Assembly: GCA_947625685.1 (NCBI GenBank)
Contig: CANQPK010000001.1
Coordinates: 36,535-100,534 of the forward strand
Length of the DNA stretch: 64,000 nucleotides
Direction: 5' to 3'
From: an uncultured Clostridia bacterium
GTDB lineage: Bacteria; Bacillota; Clostridia; TANB77; CAG-508
Part shown: piece after piece, positions 37,955 to 49,051 of the stretch
How the letters are laid out: each line of letters starts with the position of its first letter
Position numbering within the stretch: position 1 is the stretch's first letter
Notes under the pieces: generated by a model
Databases searched by the model: none
Told to the model about the DNA's origin: nothing
What the model saw: only the letters and a program-made list of their open reading frames with translations
Made by a program: the position numbers and the translations under genes

Positions 37955-39631
37955 TTACTTACATTTTGTTAAATATTTATTTGCAACATAACCTGTCGTT
38001 CCATTTGCTCTTTTTATTTTAGCCCAATTATATCCATCTGCACTTCCAGCATTGAAATTTTCTACTGTTACCACTTCATTAAATGAAAGTGTACCAATTG
38101 AACTTGCAGATGTAGTTGGATCACTTCTCAAATTAACTCCAGTACCATTTATATAATATGATGTGTCTTGATTTGGATCAATTGAGCCTGGTAAACCGCA
38201 CTTACTTGGCATATCATTAAATACTGGAATAATGAAATTTAATGTTACATTTAGCATATTGTTATTTGCGTATGTGTTATATAATGTCTTTGCTTGACTT
38301 GCTGGATCTTCTATATTTGTCATGTATTGATGTGAACAAACTCCATTTTTGCCTTCATCTACTACATCAAATTTATAAAAGTATGCTGTATTTTGTCCTA
38401 CACTTACATATGAGTTTGCCATAAGTTTTGCACCTTCTACAATTGATATGTATTGATTATTCCATCCTTTATCTTTTGCATATTTTAATCCATTTGCAAT
38501 AGCATTTCCTGAATCATAGGCTCCATAGTTAAAGAAGTTATAATATCCTTCATATCCTGGATAAGTTCCTGTAACTGAGTTGCTTCCTTGTCTTCCTACT
38601 TCTTGGAATATTTTTATTGCTATACTATATGGGCTTATTCCACTTTCTTCTGCTGCTTTCATTATTATTTCTGAATATGACATTGTTTCTACTTTAGTTG
38701 ATGATAGTTCTATTTTAGATCTTCCTGCAATAAAATTTTTAAGTCTAATATAGTCAGTTGCTTCAATGGTATTATCTATCAATGTATCAGCGGCTAATTC
38801 TTGTGTCTTTGACAATTTAGTTCTTCCTGCAATTCTATTTTTTAACCTTATATAATCTACAGCATCTATATTACCATCACTATTTATATCTCCTATAGTT
38901 ACTATTGTGTATGTTTTATTATTTGAACTGTCTATAAAAATATAATCTGTGGCAACATTTGTTGAATTAGAGATTTCTTTATTTGATGAATCTTTTATCT
39001 TATATTGAGATATATTTAAATTATTAGCGATATCTTGAATTTTATTCCCTGGTGTTGCTAATATATATTCTCCGCTAATCTTTGCTTTAACAGAAGTATC
39101 AGCTTTACTTCCAGCTAGAGTAACTGTTTTATCCATAAATGAGCCTTTTAAGATGCTATCTACTCCTGCTTTTGTATGTACTGATGAGTTGTATGTCATC
39201 TCTAAAAATTGAAACACACTAGATTCTGTCAAAAAGTTTCTAGGATCTGCATAATATTCAATGATTGCCTGTGATGCACAAGCATAACTGCTTTCTATTT
39301 TCCCACAGTCATCTTTCCATAAAGAATTTGAAGATTTATGCACTGTATTTCTCAAATGTGTGCTTGTTTCTTTCGATATGAAATCTTTCCAAGTCATTCC
39401 TGTATTAAATGCTGTAAATGTCCAATTTGAATGTAATTCTTTTAGTTCATTTAAATAGCTTTTATAGCTTTCAGGGAAAGCATCAATTCCTTGTTTTTTT
39501 TCTTGTTTATAGGTAGTTGCTGCATAACTTGTATTTACACCAACTATTATATTAAATATCATTGCTAAAATTACAATTAAAAGTAATTGCATAGATAATA
39601 TTTTTTTCATAAAAAGTCTTTTTACCTTCAT
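37955..39631 (-). CDS. peptidoglycan hydrolase: GH73 glucosaminidase domain + two dockerin-like Ca-binding repeats + C-terminal SH3b
   Basis: Signal peptide. DINSDGNIDAVDYIRLKN and DNTIEATDYIRLKN (dockerin type I-like repeats). GH73-like YNFFNYGAYDSGNAIANG. C-terminal SH3b (YVANKYL). Confidence 0.65.
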   Translation of the reverse strand: MKVKRLFMKKILSMQLLLIVILAMIFNIIVGVNTSYAATTYKQEKKQGIDAFPESYKSYLNELKELHSNWTFTAFNTGMTWKDFISKETSTHLRNTVHKSSNSLWKDDCGKIESSYACASQAIIEYYADPRNFLTESSVFQFLEMTYNSSVHTKAGVDSILKGSFMDKTVTLAGSKADTSVKAKISGEYILATPGNKIQDIANNLNISQYKIKDSSNKEISNSTNVATDYIFIDSSNNKTYTIVTIGDINSDGNIDAVDYIRLKNRIAGRTKLSKTQELAADTLIDNTIEATDYIRLKNFIAGRSKIELSSTKVETMSYSEIIMKAAEESGISPYSIAIKIFQEVGRQGSNSVTGTYPGYEGYYNFFNYGAYDSGNAIANGLKYAKDKGWNNQYISIVEGAKLMANSYVSVGQNTAYFYKFDVVDEGKNGVCSHQYMTNIEDPASQAKTLYNTYANNNMLNVTLNFIIPVFNDMPSKCGLPGSIDPNQDTSYYINGTGVNLRSDPTTSASSIGTLSFNEVVTVENFNAGSADGYNWAKIKRANGTTGYVANKYLTKCK

Positions 39632-39782
39632 ATGTATCCCTTCTTTACAAATTGTGATTATTTTCTTGTTATTATCAAGTTATATCACAAATTCCGACAA
39701 TTATAGTATAACATTTATAACTAAACCTAGTCAATTACTTTCACAGAAATGTAAAGAAACTGTAATATAAATAATAAAAAAC

Positions 39783-39812
39783 ATATCACATCACGCGATA
39801 TGTTCTTTATTC
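39783..39812 (-). terminator. rho-independent terminator downstream of the 39855..41712 gene
   Basis: AACATATC-n10-GATATGTT hairpin followed by TTTTATTATTT on the minus strand. Confidence 0.6.
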
Positions 39813-39854
39813 TATCATTTCTTTATAAATATTTTATTCTAAATTTTGATAATA

Positions 39855-41712
39855 TTATTGATTGATATATTTTAGTATTCCTCCTGCTTCATTTTCATAA
39901 ACAATTTCAGCATTTTCTGTTAAAACATCCTTATAGTAATTATAGAAATACCCACGATTAAAATATATCATATAGTCTACTTTTCCTGCTCTTTTTCCAA
40001 CATACATCATCTTTATACTTAACTTTCTTTCTCCGACTATATTTTGGTTCATCATTATTAATCCTTTGTAGTATTGAATAAGCCCAATAACCTTGTTCTG
40101 GATTACCAGCCACTTCAATTAATCTATCCTCTGATATATTTTCTTTTGCATATTTTAAGATTTCTATTTCTTCTTTTGTCAAATCTTTTGGACTTTCTAG
40201 AAGTATTTTTTTATTTGCTACATAAATATCAGTCACTTGTAATGCATTTTCTTTTATATTTTTTATTTCATCTGTTATCTCCGTATTTCCAAATAATAAT
40301 GTAATAATTAAAATTACTATATATGCTACAATACATATACTTGGTATATATCTACTCTTTTCATATGTGATAAGCAATCCCTTATATGTTAAGTAAAATA
40401 AGAATAATGATAATGCAAAATAGTTTTTACTTAAATAATAGTCTGATACTTTATCAAATTTATTACCTATAAAAAGTAAAATTATAAATAAAATATTAAA
40501 AATTGTCATTAATGCAACTGCCTTATTTTCTTTCCAATTTTTCCATATAGCTATTATTGAATAAGGCAATAGTAAAATCATGTTAGAGAATAAATTTATA
40601 TATATGTATCCTTCAACTGCAAATTTTTCATTTATTAAATTATCTGAATTTTTAAATAAATTTGATAGGTCTATGGTCCTTGATATTATTATTCCATATA
40701 TACTATATTCAATATTATATATATATCCTAATGCAAAAGGTAATAATAATGTAACGAATAAAATAACAAATGTTTTTTTAGTGAATAATTTATTTTGCCT
40801 TTTATATTCTTCATAGCAAAAATAAATCCATAGAGCACTATATACATAAGGTACAAACATATAGTAAGCATTAAATAATCCAAAATTTAATAAGAAAAAT
40901 ACCAGTAGATTATGTTTGTATGTAATTTCTTTTTTACGATAGATATCTACGCTAGCAATAATTGCTTCTAGTATTAAAATTCCCATACTGAAATATTCAA
41001 ATCCAAACAAGAAACTATTTAATGGATATCCCATAGTATACAATAATGAAACAATAAATGCTAAAAATCTTATTTTGTTATTTTTTGCAAATCCTGCAAG
41101 TGTGCTATAAAACATGTATGCAGTTAAAAATAATACAAAAATTGCAAATCCTATGAATATGTTGTAATTATAGAATGAACTAGTTTCATTACCTGAACAG
41201 ATTTTCATAATAAGTCCAGAATTTACATATGACAATATTTTTTTGGTGCGTAAAGATACTCCATATACATCATCTGGATGAGACATCATAAGTAGTCCAT
41301 TTCCATCTGCAAATTTTTCTGATGTTAAATAATGCACAGATGGATCTCCTGTTTCATATTTAATTTCAAATGGAAAGCCAAAATTTATATATGCTACAAG
41401 TAGGCAAGCAATTCCTAATATAGCAATATACAATATATCTATCTTTTGAATTTTATAGCTTTGTATTTTTTTAGTTTTTATAATATAAATTGATAATATC
41501 ACTATAAAAACTAAATTTATAATACTTAAAATTAGTAAAGTAATTGGAATAGTGAAAAATGTTAATACATAACATATAAATGCATTATAGCAAAAAAGTA
41601 ATATAAATCCTAACGCAATTTGCTTTAATATATCTATTTTTTCTTCTGTTTTTCTTATCAATAGATAATTGATAAACAGTATAATTAGTGTTATACAATA
41701 AATAATACCCAT
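39855..41712 (-). CDS. large polytopic (~14 TM) membrane protein with an extracytoplasmic C-terminal domain, possibly a YfhO/GT-C-like glycosyltransferase; one +1 break
   Basis: ORFs 39958..41712 and 39855..40118 overlap. Deleting the C at agtCggaga (plus 40032-40035) joins them into a ~618-aa protein. Confidence 0.5.
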
Positions 41713-41960
41713 TTTATTATCTCTCTTACTTTATTTATTTTTTCAATTTTAGTGATTTCTTTCTTATAATATAACATATCTTATATAAAATATCAATTTG
41801 AAATTTCATTTATAAATATTCAGATTCATTATAATTTGCTTCAAATTCATGCATTAAATTTTTATGACTTATCTATTTTTATTTTATAGATTAATATTCA
41901 ATTAACTATTACTATTAAAATATAGCTATAACTAATATGTATTCTATCCCAATGGTTTTA

Positions 41961-44596
41961 TTATTCTGTAACTTCCACTACTTTTAGTGTAACATCTTTA
42001 TAGGTAACCTCACCAGCTTCATTCAAATATGGGGCATGAACTACTTCAGTCTTTTCGGCAGATAGTTTACCTGTTACAAACTGTTCTAGTCCCTTTAGAG
42101 GTGAATCCAAAGCAGCAAATTTTCCTTTAGAAATAACTGCTGAAGCTGTACCTGACACTGAATATAAACTTATTATAGGAAGATTGTTATTGCAACAACT
42201 TATCATTCCTGTAGTATTGACGGACAACGTTCCATTTTCCCCGATGTCCATACTGGTGCTATTGGTATTCCATGCATAGAGTGATGAATTATCGGAGAAA
42301 TCCATATGTCCATATACGCCCACATTGCAACATAACACACTGTCCCCCTGGATACTCAATAAAGAACCCGGTTGGACAGACGCGCCGTGGCTACTCATAG
42401 GATTGCTCGTACCTAAGAAACTTTTACCTAGCACCGTGACGTTAGCCGTGTGGTTAGTAATACCGACAATCTAGTACCCTGTCAACCCCGTAAATGTGAG
42501 TATCTAAGATTTGAACTGGAGTCGAAGTCTCAATATGTAGTGGAACATCTATATTTGACTTGAATGTCGATCTTTCTACCTTCAAACTACTCGTATCCAT
42601 CATTTTTATACCATAGGCCTTCCCAGTGTTTTCAAGATTGGAATCATATATTTCCACATTGTAATTTCCGTCACAGTGTAATGCACTACCTTTTCCCGCA
42701 ATTACTTTTGCATTTTGTAGTTTTAATGTTCCATCTCCTCCTTTAATACTTATTGCTGTATTTTTTGTTGATATACTTGCACCTGTAATACTTACATTTG
42801 CTGAGTGTCCTTCATCATTTTGATAGATGTTTATTCCAACCATTCCATCAATTGTAACACCTTTGTTTATAGTTAATTGTCCCGGACTACGCCATGATAT
42901 AACCCCATTGTCATTCGTTGTCTCTTCTACATTTCTTAGTAATGTTTCTCCATTTATTGTTAATGTCTGCCTATTATCTTCATACTTATCACTAACGATA
43001 CAATTTTTGTTTGATTTAGCATATATTTTTGAGTTTGTAATCGTTGCATTTCCCATTCCTTGCAAGCGAAGTGCTCCGCATACTAGATACATTAATTGTT
43101 GAGTCAGTTATAGTAAGATTTGAAGTGTAACCATGTTGCAAAATAACAGCGTGGCCTGCTGTTTGAATATTTACTGCTCCTTCTATGTTTATATTTCCTC
43201 CATACGCAGTCATAAACCACTTTGCTGCTTCAGATACTATGTTTCCTGGACCTTTTATTGTAAATGTTCCACTATTTATAAGTATAAGTCCGTTGCGGTC
43301 CTCAGAATTTTGAAAATTTTCTGTTGCTTCTATTTTTAATGTTTTGTTATTTGTATCTATCTGTATTGTTTTTGCTATTTCAAATGATGTTGCAAATACT
43401 TCTGTTACATCTTTTTCTAATACTATAGTTCCTCCTCCAAATTCTCCTCCTTTATCTATCGCGTCTTTATATGCTTCAGAAAGTTTTTCATAATATATTT
43501 TTTTGCCATTATTACTTATACTGTAATTTGCTTTTGCTAGAACAATTTTTATATTATCTACTTCACTTTCATTTCCTGCTTTATCTACTGCTTTTACTAT
43601 TATTGTATATTCATTATTTTCGTTTAAGGCTGTAAATGTACAGTCTGCTGATGCTTGTTCTGTTTTATTGGCTATTACAGCCTTTTCCTGTGGTTCTCCT
43701 TCTCCTTGTAATGCAAATATTATCTTTGCTACTCCACTTTCTTCTTCTGGTTTGTCTGTTGGTGCTATTCCATCTTTTGCTATAGCTTTTACTGTTATAC
43801 TATTTGTTGTTGTCTCTGTTATTTGTGAAGTTGGTTGATCTGGTGCTACTGTGTCTATTATATTTATTTTCTTTGTTGCTGTTTTTAATATTTCTCCTAT
43901 ATTATTTTTTACTCTTACAATTATTACTCCATTTGCTGTTATATCTATCTTGCTTCCTTTTATATAGTTTGTCCATCCTGTTTGTGCTTTTGGATCTTTG
44001 GTATATTCTACAATTAGTCCTGATAAATCTTCTTCTGATACATCATTTACTGTTATTGTTGCATGTATTGGTATTTCATGTGTCCACTCATTTTTGTCTA
44101 GTTCTATAATTATACTTCCTTCTTTTATATCTGGTAATGGTTTAAATCCTTCTCCTTCTCCTACTTTTCCTACATTTTTGACATCTTTTTCAGTTACATA
44201 AAATACATATCCTTCCTTTGTTACTACCCTTAATTTTTCTTCTCCTTCTCCTGTATCTCCTATTATCTCTGCTGATCTCATACCTTTGAATTGTTCTGAT
44301 TCTTCTACTCTCTTTTTAAATTCTTCTAGGTATGCTCTACCTTTCAAATCATCAAATATTTGTTTCTCTGCTAATACTGCTCCTATTTCTACTAGCCCTT
44401 CTCTATATTCTGCTATCCTCATATTTTCTGCTGCCTCTTGTGTCATTTGAAATAATCCATGGTCTCCTATTACTGCTCTTATTCCTATTGACGCTAGTAT
44501 TATTAGTATTATTATTGTTATTATTAGTGCTATTAGTGTTATTCCTTTTTCTTTTATTGTGCCTATATTATCTTTTCTCTCTTCTTTTTTACTCAT
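41961..44596 (-). CDS. locus-1 large secreted protein (~875 aa): prepilin-like N-terminus (KG-ITLIALIITIIILIILA), FN3/Ig-like repeats, parallel beta-helix-like region and a Cys-rich, GC-rich C-terminal domain; two +1 breaks
   Basis: Three track ORFs (43016..44596, 42454..43092, 41961..42434) join when the C is removed at atgCggagc (plus 43075-43078) and tgtCggtat (plus 42462-42465). The N-terminus resembles a class III/type IV prepilin leader but has Ala at +5. It is a paralogue of 60665..62611. Confidence 0.6.
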
Positions 44597-44619
44597 TTCT
44601 TTTTTCTCCTTCTTGAGTT

Positions 44620-45084
44620 TTATTTACTTAATTTGAAGTCATATGCATTTGCATAGTCTAATGCTGTACTTACATTTAATTCTGTACTCTCTCCTGGCTT
44701 TAATCCTTCTATATATGCTGGTATTGTTGTTATCTCTTTTCCTGTATTATCTATTAGCGTTATATTGAATACTGCTGTTTGTACTGCACTAGTTGTATTT
44801 TTTACTGTTCCTAATAACACTGTGTCATTTTCTCTTTCTGTTAATTGTAAGTCACTTATTTCTAATCCATCTAACATTTTTGTCTTATGTAGCTGTTCAC
44901 TTGTGTTTAATTTTGTTTCATCATCTAAGACATCTACAAATTCTTCTACTGGTGTATTTGTTTCATTCCCTCCTGATTGGTTTTCATTTTCTCCTTTGTT
45001 TCTTGCTAGTAGGGTTATTCCTCCTATTATTAATACTGCGACAATAATTAATATTATTATTTTTTTTCTCTCTGAATCTTTCAT
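44620..45084 (-). CDS. locus-1 small N-anchored membrane protein (paralogue family A1/A2/B2)
   Basis: 154 aa. One N-terminal TM, then a ~120-aa domain with the conserved LDGLEISDLQL ... TVLLGTVKNTT ... ITLIDNTGKEITTIPAYIEGLKPGEST. Paralogous to 62650..63180 and 60079..60633. Confidence 0.6.
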   Translation of the reverse strand: MKDSERKKIIILIIVAVLIIGGITLLARNKGENENQSGGNETNTPVEEFVDVLDDETKLNTSEQLHKTKMLDGLEISDLQLTERENDTVLLGTVKNTTSAVQTAVFNITLIDNTGKEITTIPAYIEGLKPGESTELNVSTALDYANAYDFKLSK

Positions 45085-45123
45085 TTGCCTTCTTTTCCCT
45101 TCTTTTTTATATATAACAAAAAA

Positions 45124-45166
45124 GACACGCCAAACCTACACTAAAAAGTATAAGTACTGTGTGTCC
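45124..45166 (-). terminator. leader hairpin + U-tract (attenuator-like) upstream of the locus-1 structural genes
   Basis: On the minus-strand RNA, GGACACACAGUACUUAUACU...AGUGUAGGUUUGGCGUGUC pairs with several G-U wobbles, followed by UUUUUUGUUAUAU. Homologous to 63227-63273. Confidence 0.55.
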
Positions 45167-45184
45167 TTATATTACTTTTTTCTT

Positions 45185-45238
45185 TTAATATACCTGTGTG
45201 TATATATATAGAGCCTCTAAGGTTCTAGCTTTTGTCAT
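45185..45238 (-). CDS. leader peptide ORF (MTKARTLEALYIYTQVY) of locus 1
   Basis: RBS AGGAGAAC 8 nt upstream of ATG at 45238-45236. The first 10 codons are conserved with the locus-2 leader (MREARTLEAL). The stop lies 18 nt before the hairpin. Confidence 0.5.
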   Translation of the reverse strand: MTKARTLEALYIYTQVY

Positions 45239-45283
45239 CTTTTGTTCTCCTTTAAATTTCTATTTTTTTCTTGATTTTATTTT

Positions 45284-45312
45284 ATTATAATGCGTTTTTT
45301 TACTTCGTTCAA
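45284..45312 (-). promoter_or_regulatory. sigmaA promoter of locus 1 (TTGAAC-17-TATAAT)
   Basis: Minus -35 at plus 45307-45312 and -10 at plus 45284-45289, downstream of the lysS terminator. Confidence 0.5.
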
Positions 45313-45465
45313 TAGGGGTAATTAATTTGTAATATAAATGTAATATTTATGAAATATTTTAAAACAGAGTCCTTCTTGACATTTTTGGAATATAATTCGT
45401 GTTCATTTAATAAATCATCTAACTTTGAAAGTTTTATTTTTTACTTCCTTTTTTATTTGTTAGAG

Positions 45466-45502
45466 GCAAAAAAAGAGCTGATTAATTTTTTAATCAACTC
45501 TT
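45466..45502 (-). terminator. rho-independent terminator of lysS
   Basis: AAGAGCTGATTAA-ttttt-TAATCAACTCTT (one mismatch) followed by a T7 run on the minus strand. Confidence 0.75.
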
Positions 45503-45736
45503 AACTGTTAGATATTATTTCAATAATTGCATTTAATTTTATAATGCTATTTTTTTGGATGCTTTAAAATCAATTAGAATCTATTGATCTTTTTACTGCT
45601 ATTTTACGGCTACTAGAAAAATTTATTAAAATTCATTAAAATTTTATCTTTTTATATATTATTTTTTAAAGAGCTACACTTCTTAATTTTACTGGTTTTT
45701 AGACTTATTAAAACTTTTTAAGATTTTTAAAAAGTT

Positions 45737-47230
45737 CTATCCCAATGGTTTCATAGTTGGGAATAGCAATACATCTCTTATTGATACTGAATCTGTAAGA
45801 AGCATTACTAATCTATCTATTCCTATTCCAAGTCCTCCAGTTGGTGGAAGTCCTATTTCTAGTGCATTTACATAGTCTTCATCCATCATTCCAGCTTCTT
45901 CATCTCCATTTTCTCTTGCAGCAATTTCTTCTTTAAATCTTTCATATTGGTCAATTGGATCATTTAATTCTGAAAATGCATTTCCATATTCTCTTCCACA
46001 AATAAATGCTTCAAATCTTTCTACAAGTCTTGGATCTTCTTTTTTCTTTTTAGCAAGTGGAGATATTTCTATTGGATAATCATATACAAATGTTGGTTGT
46101 ATTAAAGTTTTTTCTACATATTCATCAAAGAACAAGCTTATTATATGTCCTCTTGTCTCTTTACCATTTGGGATTTCAATATTCTTTTCTTTTGCTAAAG
46201 CTATTGCTTCTGCATCAGTATTTATTTGATTAAAATCAATTCCACAAGCCTCTTTTATACTGTCTATCATTGTAACTCTTTTCCATTTTGTACCAAGATC
46301 AATTTCAGTTCCTTGATAAGTTACTTTTGTTGTTCCACAAACTCTTTCAGCACATCTTTTAAACAATTCTTCTGTTATGTCCATCATATCATTGTAATCT
46401 TCAAAAGCCGAATATAGCTCTATTGATGTGAATTCAGGATTATGTCTTATATCCATTCCTTCGTTTCTGAATATTCTGCCTATTTCATATACTTTATCAT
46501 ATCCACCTACTATAAGTCTCTTTAGGTTCAACTCTGTTGCAATCCTCAAATACATGTCTAAGTCTAAAGTATTATGATGTGTTATAAATGGTCTAGCAGT
46601 AGCTCCTCCTGATATAGTATTAAGTATAGGTGTTTCTACTTCTAGATATCCTTTCTCATCTAAAACTTTTCTTATTTCACTTATTATCTGACTTCTTTTT
46701 ATGAAGGTATCTTTTACTTCTGGATTTACTATTAAGTCTACATATCTTTGTCTATATCTTAAGTCTGTATCTTTTAATCCATGGAATTTCTCTGGAAGTG
46801 GTCTCAAAGATTTAGAAAGAAGGATTATTTCCTTTGCATGTACTGAAATTTCTTCTGTCCTTGTTTTAAATACAAATCCAGTTATTCCTATTATATCTCC
46901 TACATCATAAGTCTTAAACTCTTTGTAGTTTTCTTCACCTAGATCATTAGTGCTAACATAGCTTTGAATTTTTCCTTGACTATCTTGTATTGTGCAAAAA
47001 GATGCTTTCCCCATAATTCTTTTTGACATTATTCTTCCTGCAACTGATACATCTTTTCCTTCTAATTCATCATAATTATCTTTAACTTCCTTGCTTGTAT
47101 GTGTTCTATTATATTTAGTTATTTCAAATGGATTTTTTCCATTATTAGTAAGTTCTTGTAATTTTTCCCTTCTTATTTGCATTAAGTGGTTTACATCTTG
47201 TTCCATTTCATTGTTTTCATTTTCGTTCAT
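45737..47230 (-). CDS. lysS: lysine--tRNA ligase (class II)
   Basis: 497 aa. N-terminal OB fold, class II motifs ([20 protein letters not shown]) and C-terminal ...FPTMKPLG. Confidence 0.95.
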   Translation of the reverse strand: MNENENNEMEQDVNHLMQIRREKLQELTNNGKNPFEITKYNRTHTSKEVKDNYDELEGKDVSVAGRIMSKRIMGKASFCTIQDSQGKIQSYVSTNDLGEENYKEFKTYDVGDIIGITGFVFKTRTEEISVHAKEIILLSKSLRPLPEKFHGLKDTDLRYRQRYVDLIVNPEVKDTFIKRSQIISEIRKVLDEKGYLEVETPILNTISGGATARPFITHHNTLDLDMYLRIATELNLKRLIVGGYDKVYEIGRIFRNEGMDIRHNPEFTSIELYSAFEDYNDMMDITEELFKRCAERVCGTTKVTYQGTEIDLGTKWKRVTMIDSIKEACGIDFNQINTDAEAIALAKEKNIEIPNGKETRGHIISLFFDEYVEKTLIQPTFVYDYPIEISPLAKKKKEDPRLVERFEAFICGREYGNAFSELNDPIDQYERFKEEIAARENGDEEAGMMDEDYVNALEIGLPPTGGLGIGIDRLVMLLTDSVSIRDVLLFPTMKPLG

Positions 47231-47317
47231 AAATAAAATTTACCTCCAAATTATAAATATTTAATATTATATATCAAAGAGCTAGAAAAATCAAGGAAAA
47301 AGGTCTAAAAAATCACT

Positions 47318-47352
47318 TTTAGACCTTTTACTCCAAAGAAAATATTTAATTA
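47318..47352 (-). terminator. terminator of the 47378..47788 gene
   Basis: 12-bp perfect stem AAAGGTCTAAAA/TTTTAGACCTTT followed by Ts on the minus strand. Confidence 0.6.
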
Positions 47353-47377
47353 AATTATAATCTTTATAATTCATATT

Positions 47378-47788
47378 TTAAAATATATTTTTTAGTGCAA
47401 CTTTATATTTATCTTTTATATGTGATACCATAAAGCTACAACTATCTAATGATTGAATTGCAATATTAAATTCATCTGTTTCTACATTACTATTCATCTC
47501 GTAAAGATATAATTCTACCTTTTCTAATTCGGTATGTTCAATGTAATACGCAAGTTTATCCTTTTTTTCTTTCCATTTTTCAATTACATTGTCAACACTA
47601 TCTTCTAAATTTTCATTATTATTTGAAACTAATTGTCCTCTAATTTTATTTAAATCTGATGTCATTTCTTCCATAACTTCATTAGTATAATTTGATGTAA
47701 TAATATTCAAAATAATAATTAAAATAATAATGATACATGCTATTATTATTTCTCTTTTCATTTTTCTGCCTTTCCTTTCTTTTGGCAA
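47378..47788 (-). CDS. hypothetical N-anchored small protein
   Basis: 136 aa, one N-terminal TM, coiled-coil-like remainder. Confidence 0.4.
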   Translation of the reverse strand: MPKERKGRKMKREIIIACIIIILIIILNIITSNYTNEVMEEMTSDLNKIRGQLVSNNNENLEDSVDNVIEKWKEKKDKLAYYIEHTELEKVELYLYEMNSNVETDEFNIAIQSLDSCSFMVSHIKDKYKVALKNIF

Positions 47789-48451
47789 AAAATTTGTTCT
47801 TTGCCATCAAAAGTTACAATTAATGCTTGCTCTGGCGATATTCCAAATTTTGAAACTTCCTTTTTTAGCCAATTATAATCTTTTCCTATCCTTTTTAAAT
47901 TATCTTCCATTATGCTTCCGTCAATTACTAAGTCATATGGGATTCCTTCATATTCTGGCTCAATTCCAAAATCCTCCGGTATACTATTTCTTTTACTTGG
48001 TTTAGGAATTACTGTCAGTCCTCCGACTTGTTTCAAGTATTGCATATTCTACATCTCCCAAAGAAGTTATATTGTTTCCTCTTAATCTTTCTTCTAATTC
48101 GCTCAGAGTAAATCTTTCTCTTCTTAAAGCATCTTCGTTTATTTTTCCTCTATATATTAGAATTCGTGGTTTTCCACATATTATTTCTCTTGCTCGTATA
48201 CTTTTCATATTTAATACAGAAATAAAAAGGTGCATAACTAAAAGTCCAAGAATTGGAATTATTCCATTTTCTATTGGAATTCCAATTTCTGACATTGGTA
48301 TTGATGCTAAATCTGCAATCAGTATTGCAATTACAAGTTCAAATGGCTGTAGTTGTCCAATCTCTCTTTTTCCCATCAATCTCATTACTATTAGTATCAA
48401 TATATATAGCACAATTGATCTTAAAAATGTAATTAGCATAAAAACCTCCAT
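47758..48451 (-). CDS. DUF421 (YetF/YdfR-like) membrane protein; one +1 break
   Basis: MRLMGKREIGQLQPFELVIAILIADLA is the DUF421 signature. Deleting the C at agtCggagg (plus 48022-48025) joins ORF 48002..48451 to ORF 47758..48045. Confidence 0.65.
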
Positions 48452-48608
48452 TTAAAATCTAAAATTTTGCATACATCTATATTTTTTTCAATTTATTTTA
48501 AAATATTCTACTTTTGAATAAAAAAATTTTTTTCGTTCATAATATATCTGAAGAAAGTTTTTTCTTTCATTAAAAAATTGCAGATTGAATTTAAGGGGGT
48601 TTTAAAAA

Positions 48609-48989
48609 ATGGACAATAATCAAGCAAATTCTAGAAGCAATTCAAATACTGGTAATACTGTTTGGCAAATAGTAGGTAGGCTTGTTGTAGCTGCAATAGT
48701 TTTAGGTATAACAGCTTTCTTTACGCCTGGATTTTCTATAAATAATATTTGGTCCTTAGCTCTTGCTGCTGTAGTCTTAACAGTTATAGATTATTTAATA
48801 GTTAAATTTACAGGATTGCAAGCAACTCCTTTTGGTAAAGGCTTCGTTGGTTTCGTTTTAGCTGCTATAACTCTATATGTAACACAATATTTTGTTGCAG
48901 GATATTCAATTTCTTGGATAGCCGCAATAATAGGTGCTGTAATATATGGTATAATTGATTATTTCATACCTGGCGAACAGGAAATGTAA
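48609..48989 (+). CDS. 4-TM membrane protein of the phage-holin-4_2 / DUF360 (YvlD-like) family
   Basis: 126 aa with two Gly/Ala-rich TM hairpins (VAAIVLGITAFFTPGFSI ... FVGFVLAAITLYVTQYFVAGYSIS). Confidence 0.5.
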   Translation: MDNNQANSRSNSNTGNTVWQIVGRLVVAAIVLGITAFFTPGFSINNIWSLALAAVVLTVIDYLIVKFTGLQATPFGKGFVGFVLAAITLYVTQYFVAGYSISWIAAIIGAVIYGIIDYFIPGEQEM

Positions 48990-49005
48990 TTAAAATTATT
49001 CCATA

Positions 49006-49045
49006 TCAAAAATAGCTTCTAATATTTTAGAAGCTATTTTTGATT
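49006..49045 (+). terminator. rho-independent terminator
   Basis: AAAATAGCTTCTAA-tatt-TTAGAAGCTATTTT, a perfect stem followed by a T-run. Confidence 0.8.
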
Positions 49046-49051
49046 CATATT

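Noticed and set aside
39649-39693. Inverted 7-mers TTGTGAT/ATCACAA upstream of the autolysin gene as an operator
   Set aside because: Only 7 bp are perfect, in AT-rich sequence, so the match is likely chance.
45124-45166. Leader hairpins as ordinary terminators of the upstream genes (lysS, pyrG)
   Set aside because: lysS has its own strong terminator at 45466-45502, upstream of the locus-1 promoter. Both hairpins lie downstream of a promoter and a leader ORF, and the arrangement is duplicated at both loci.
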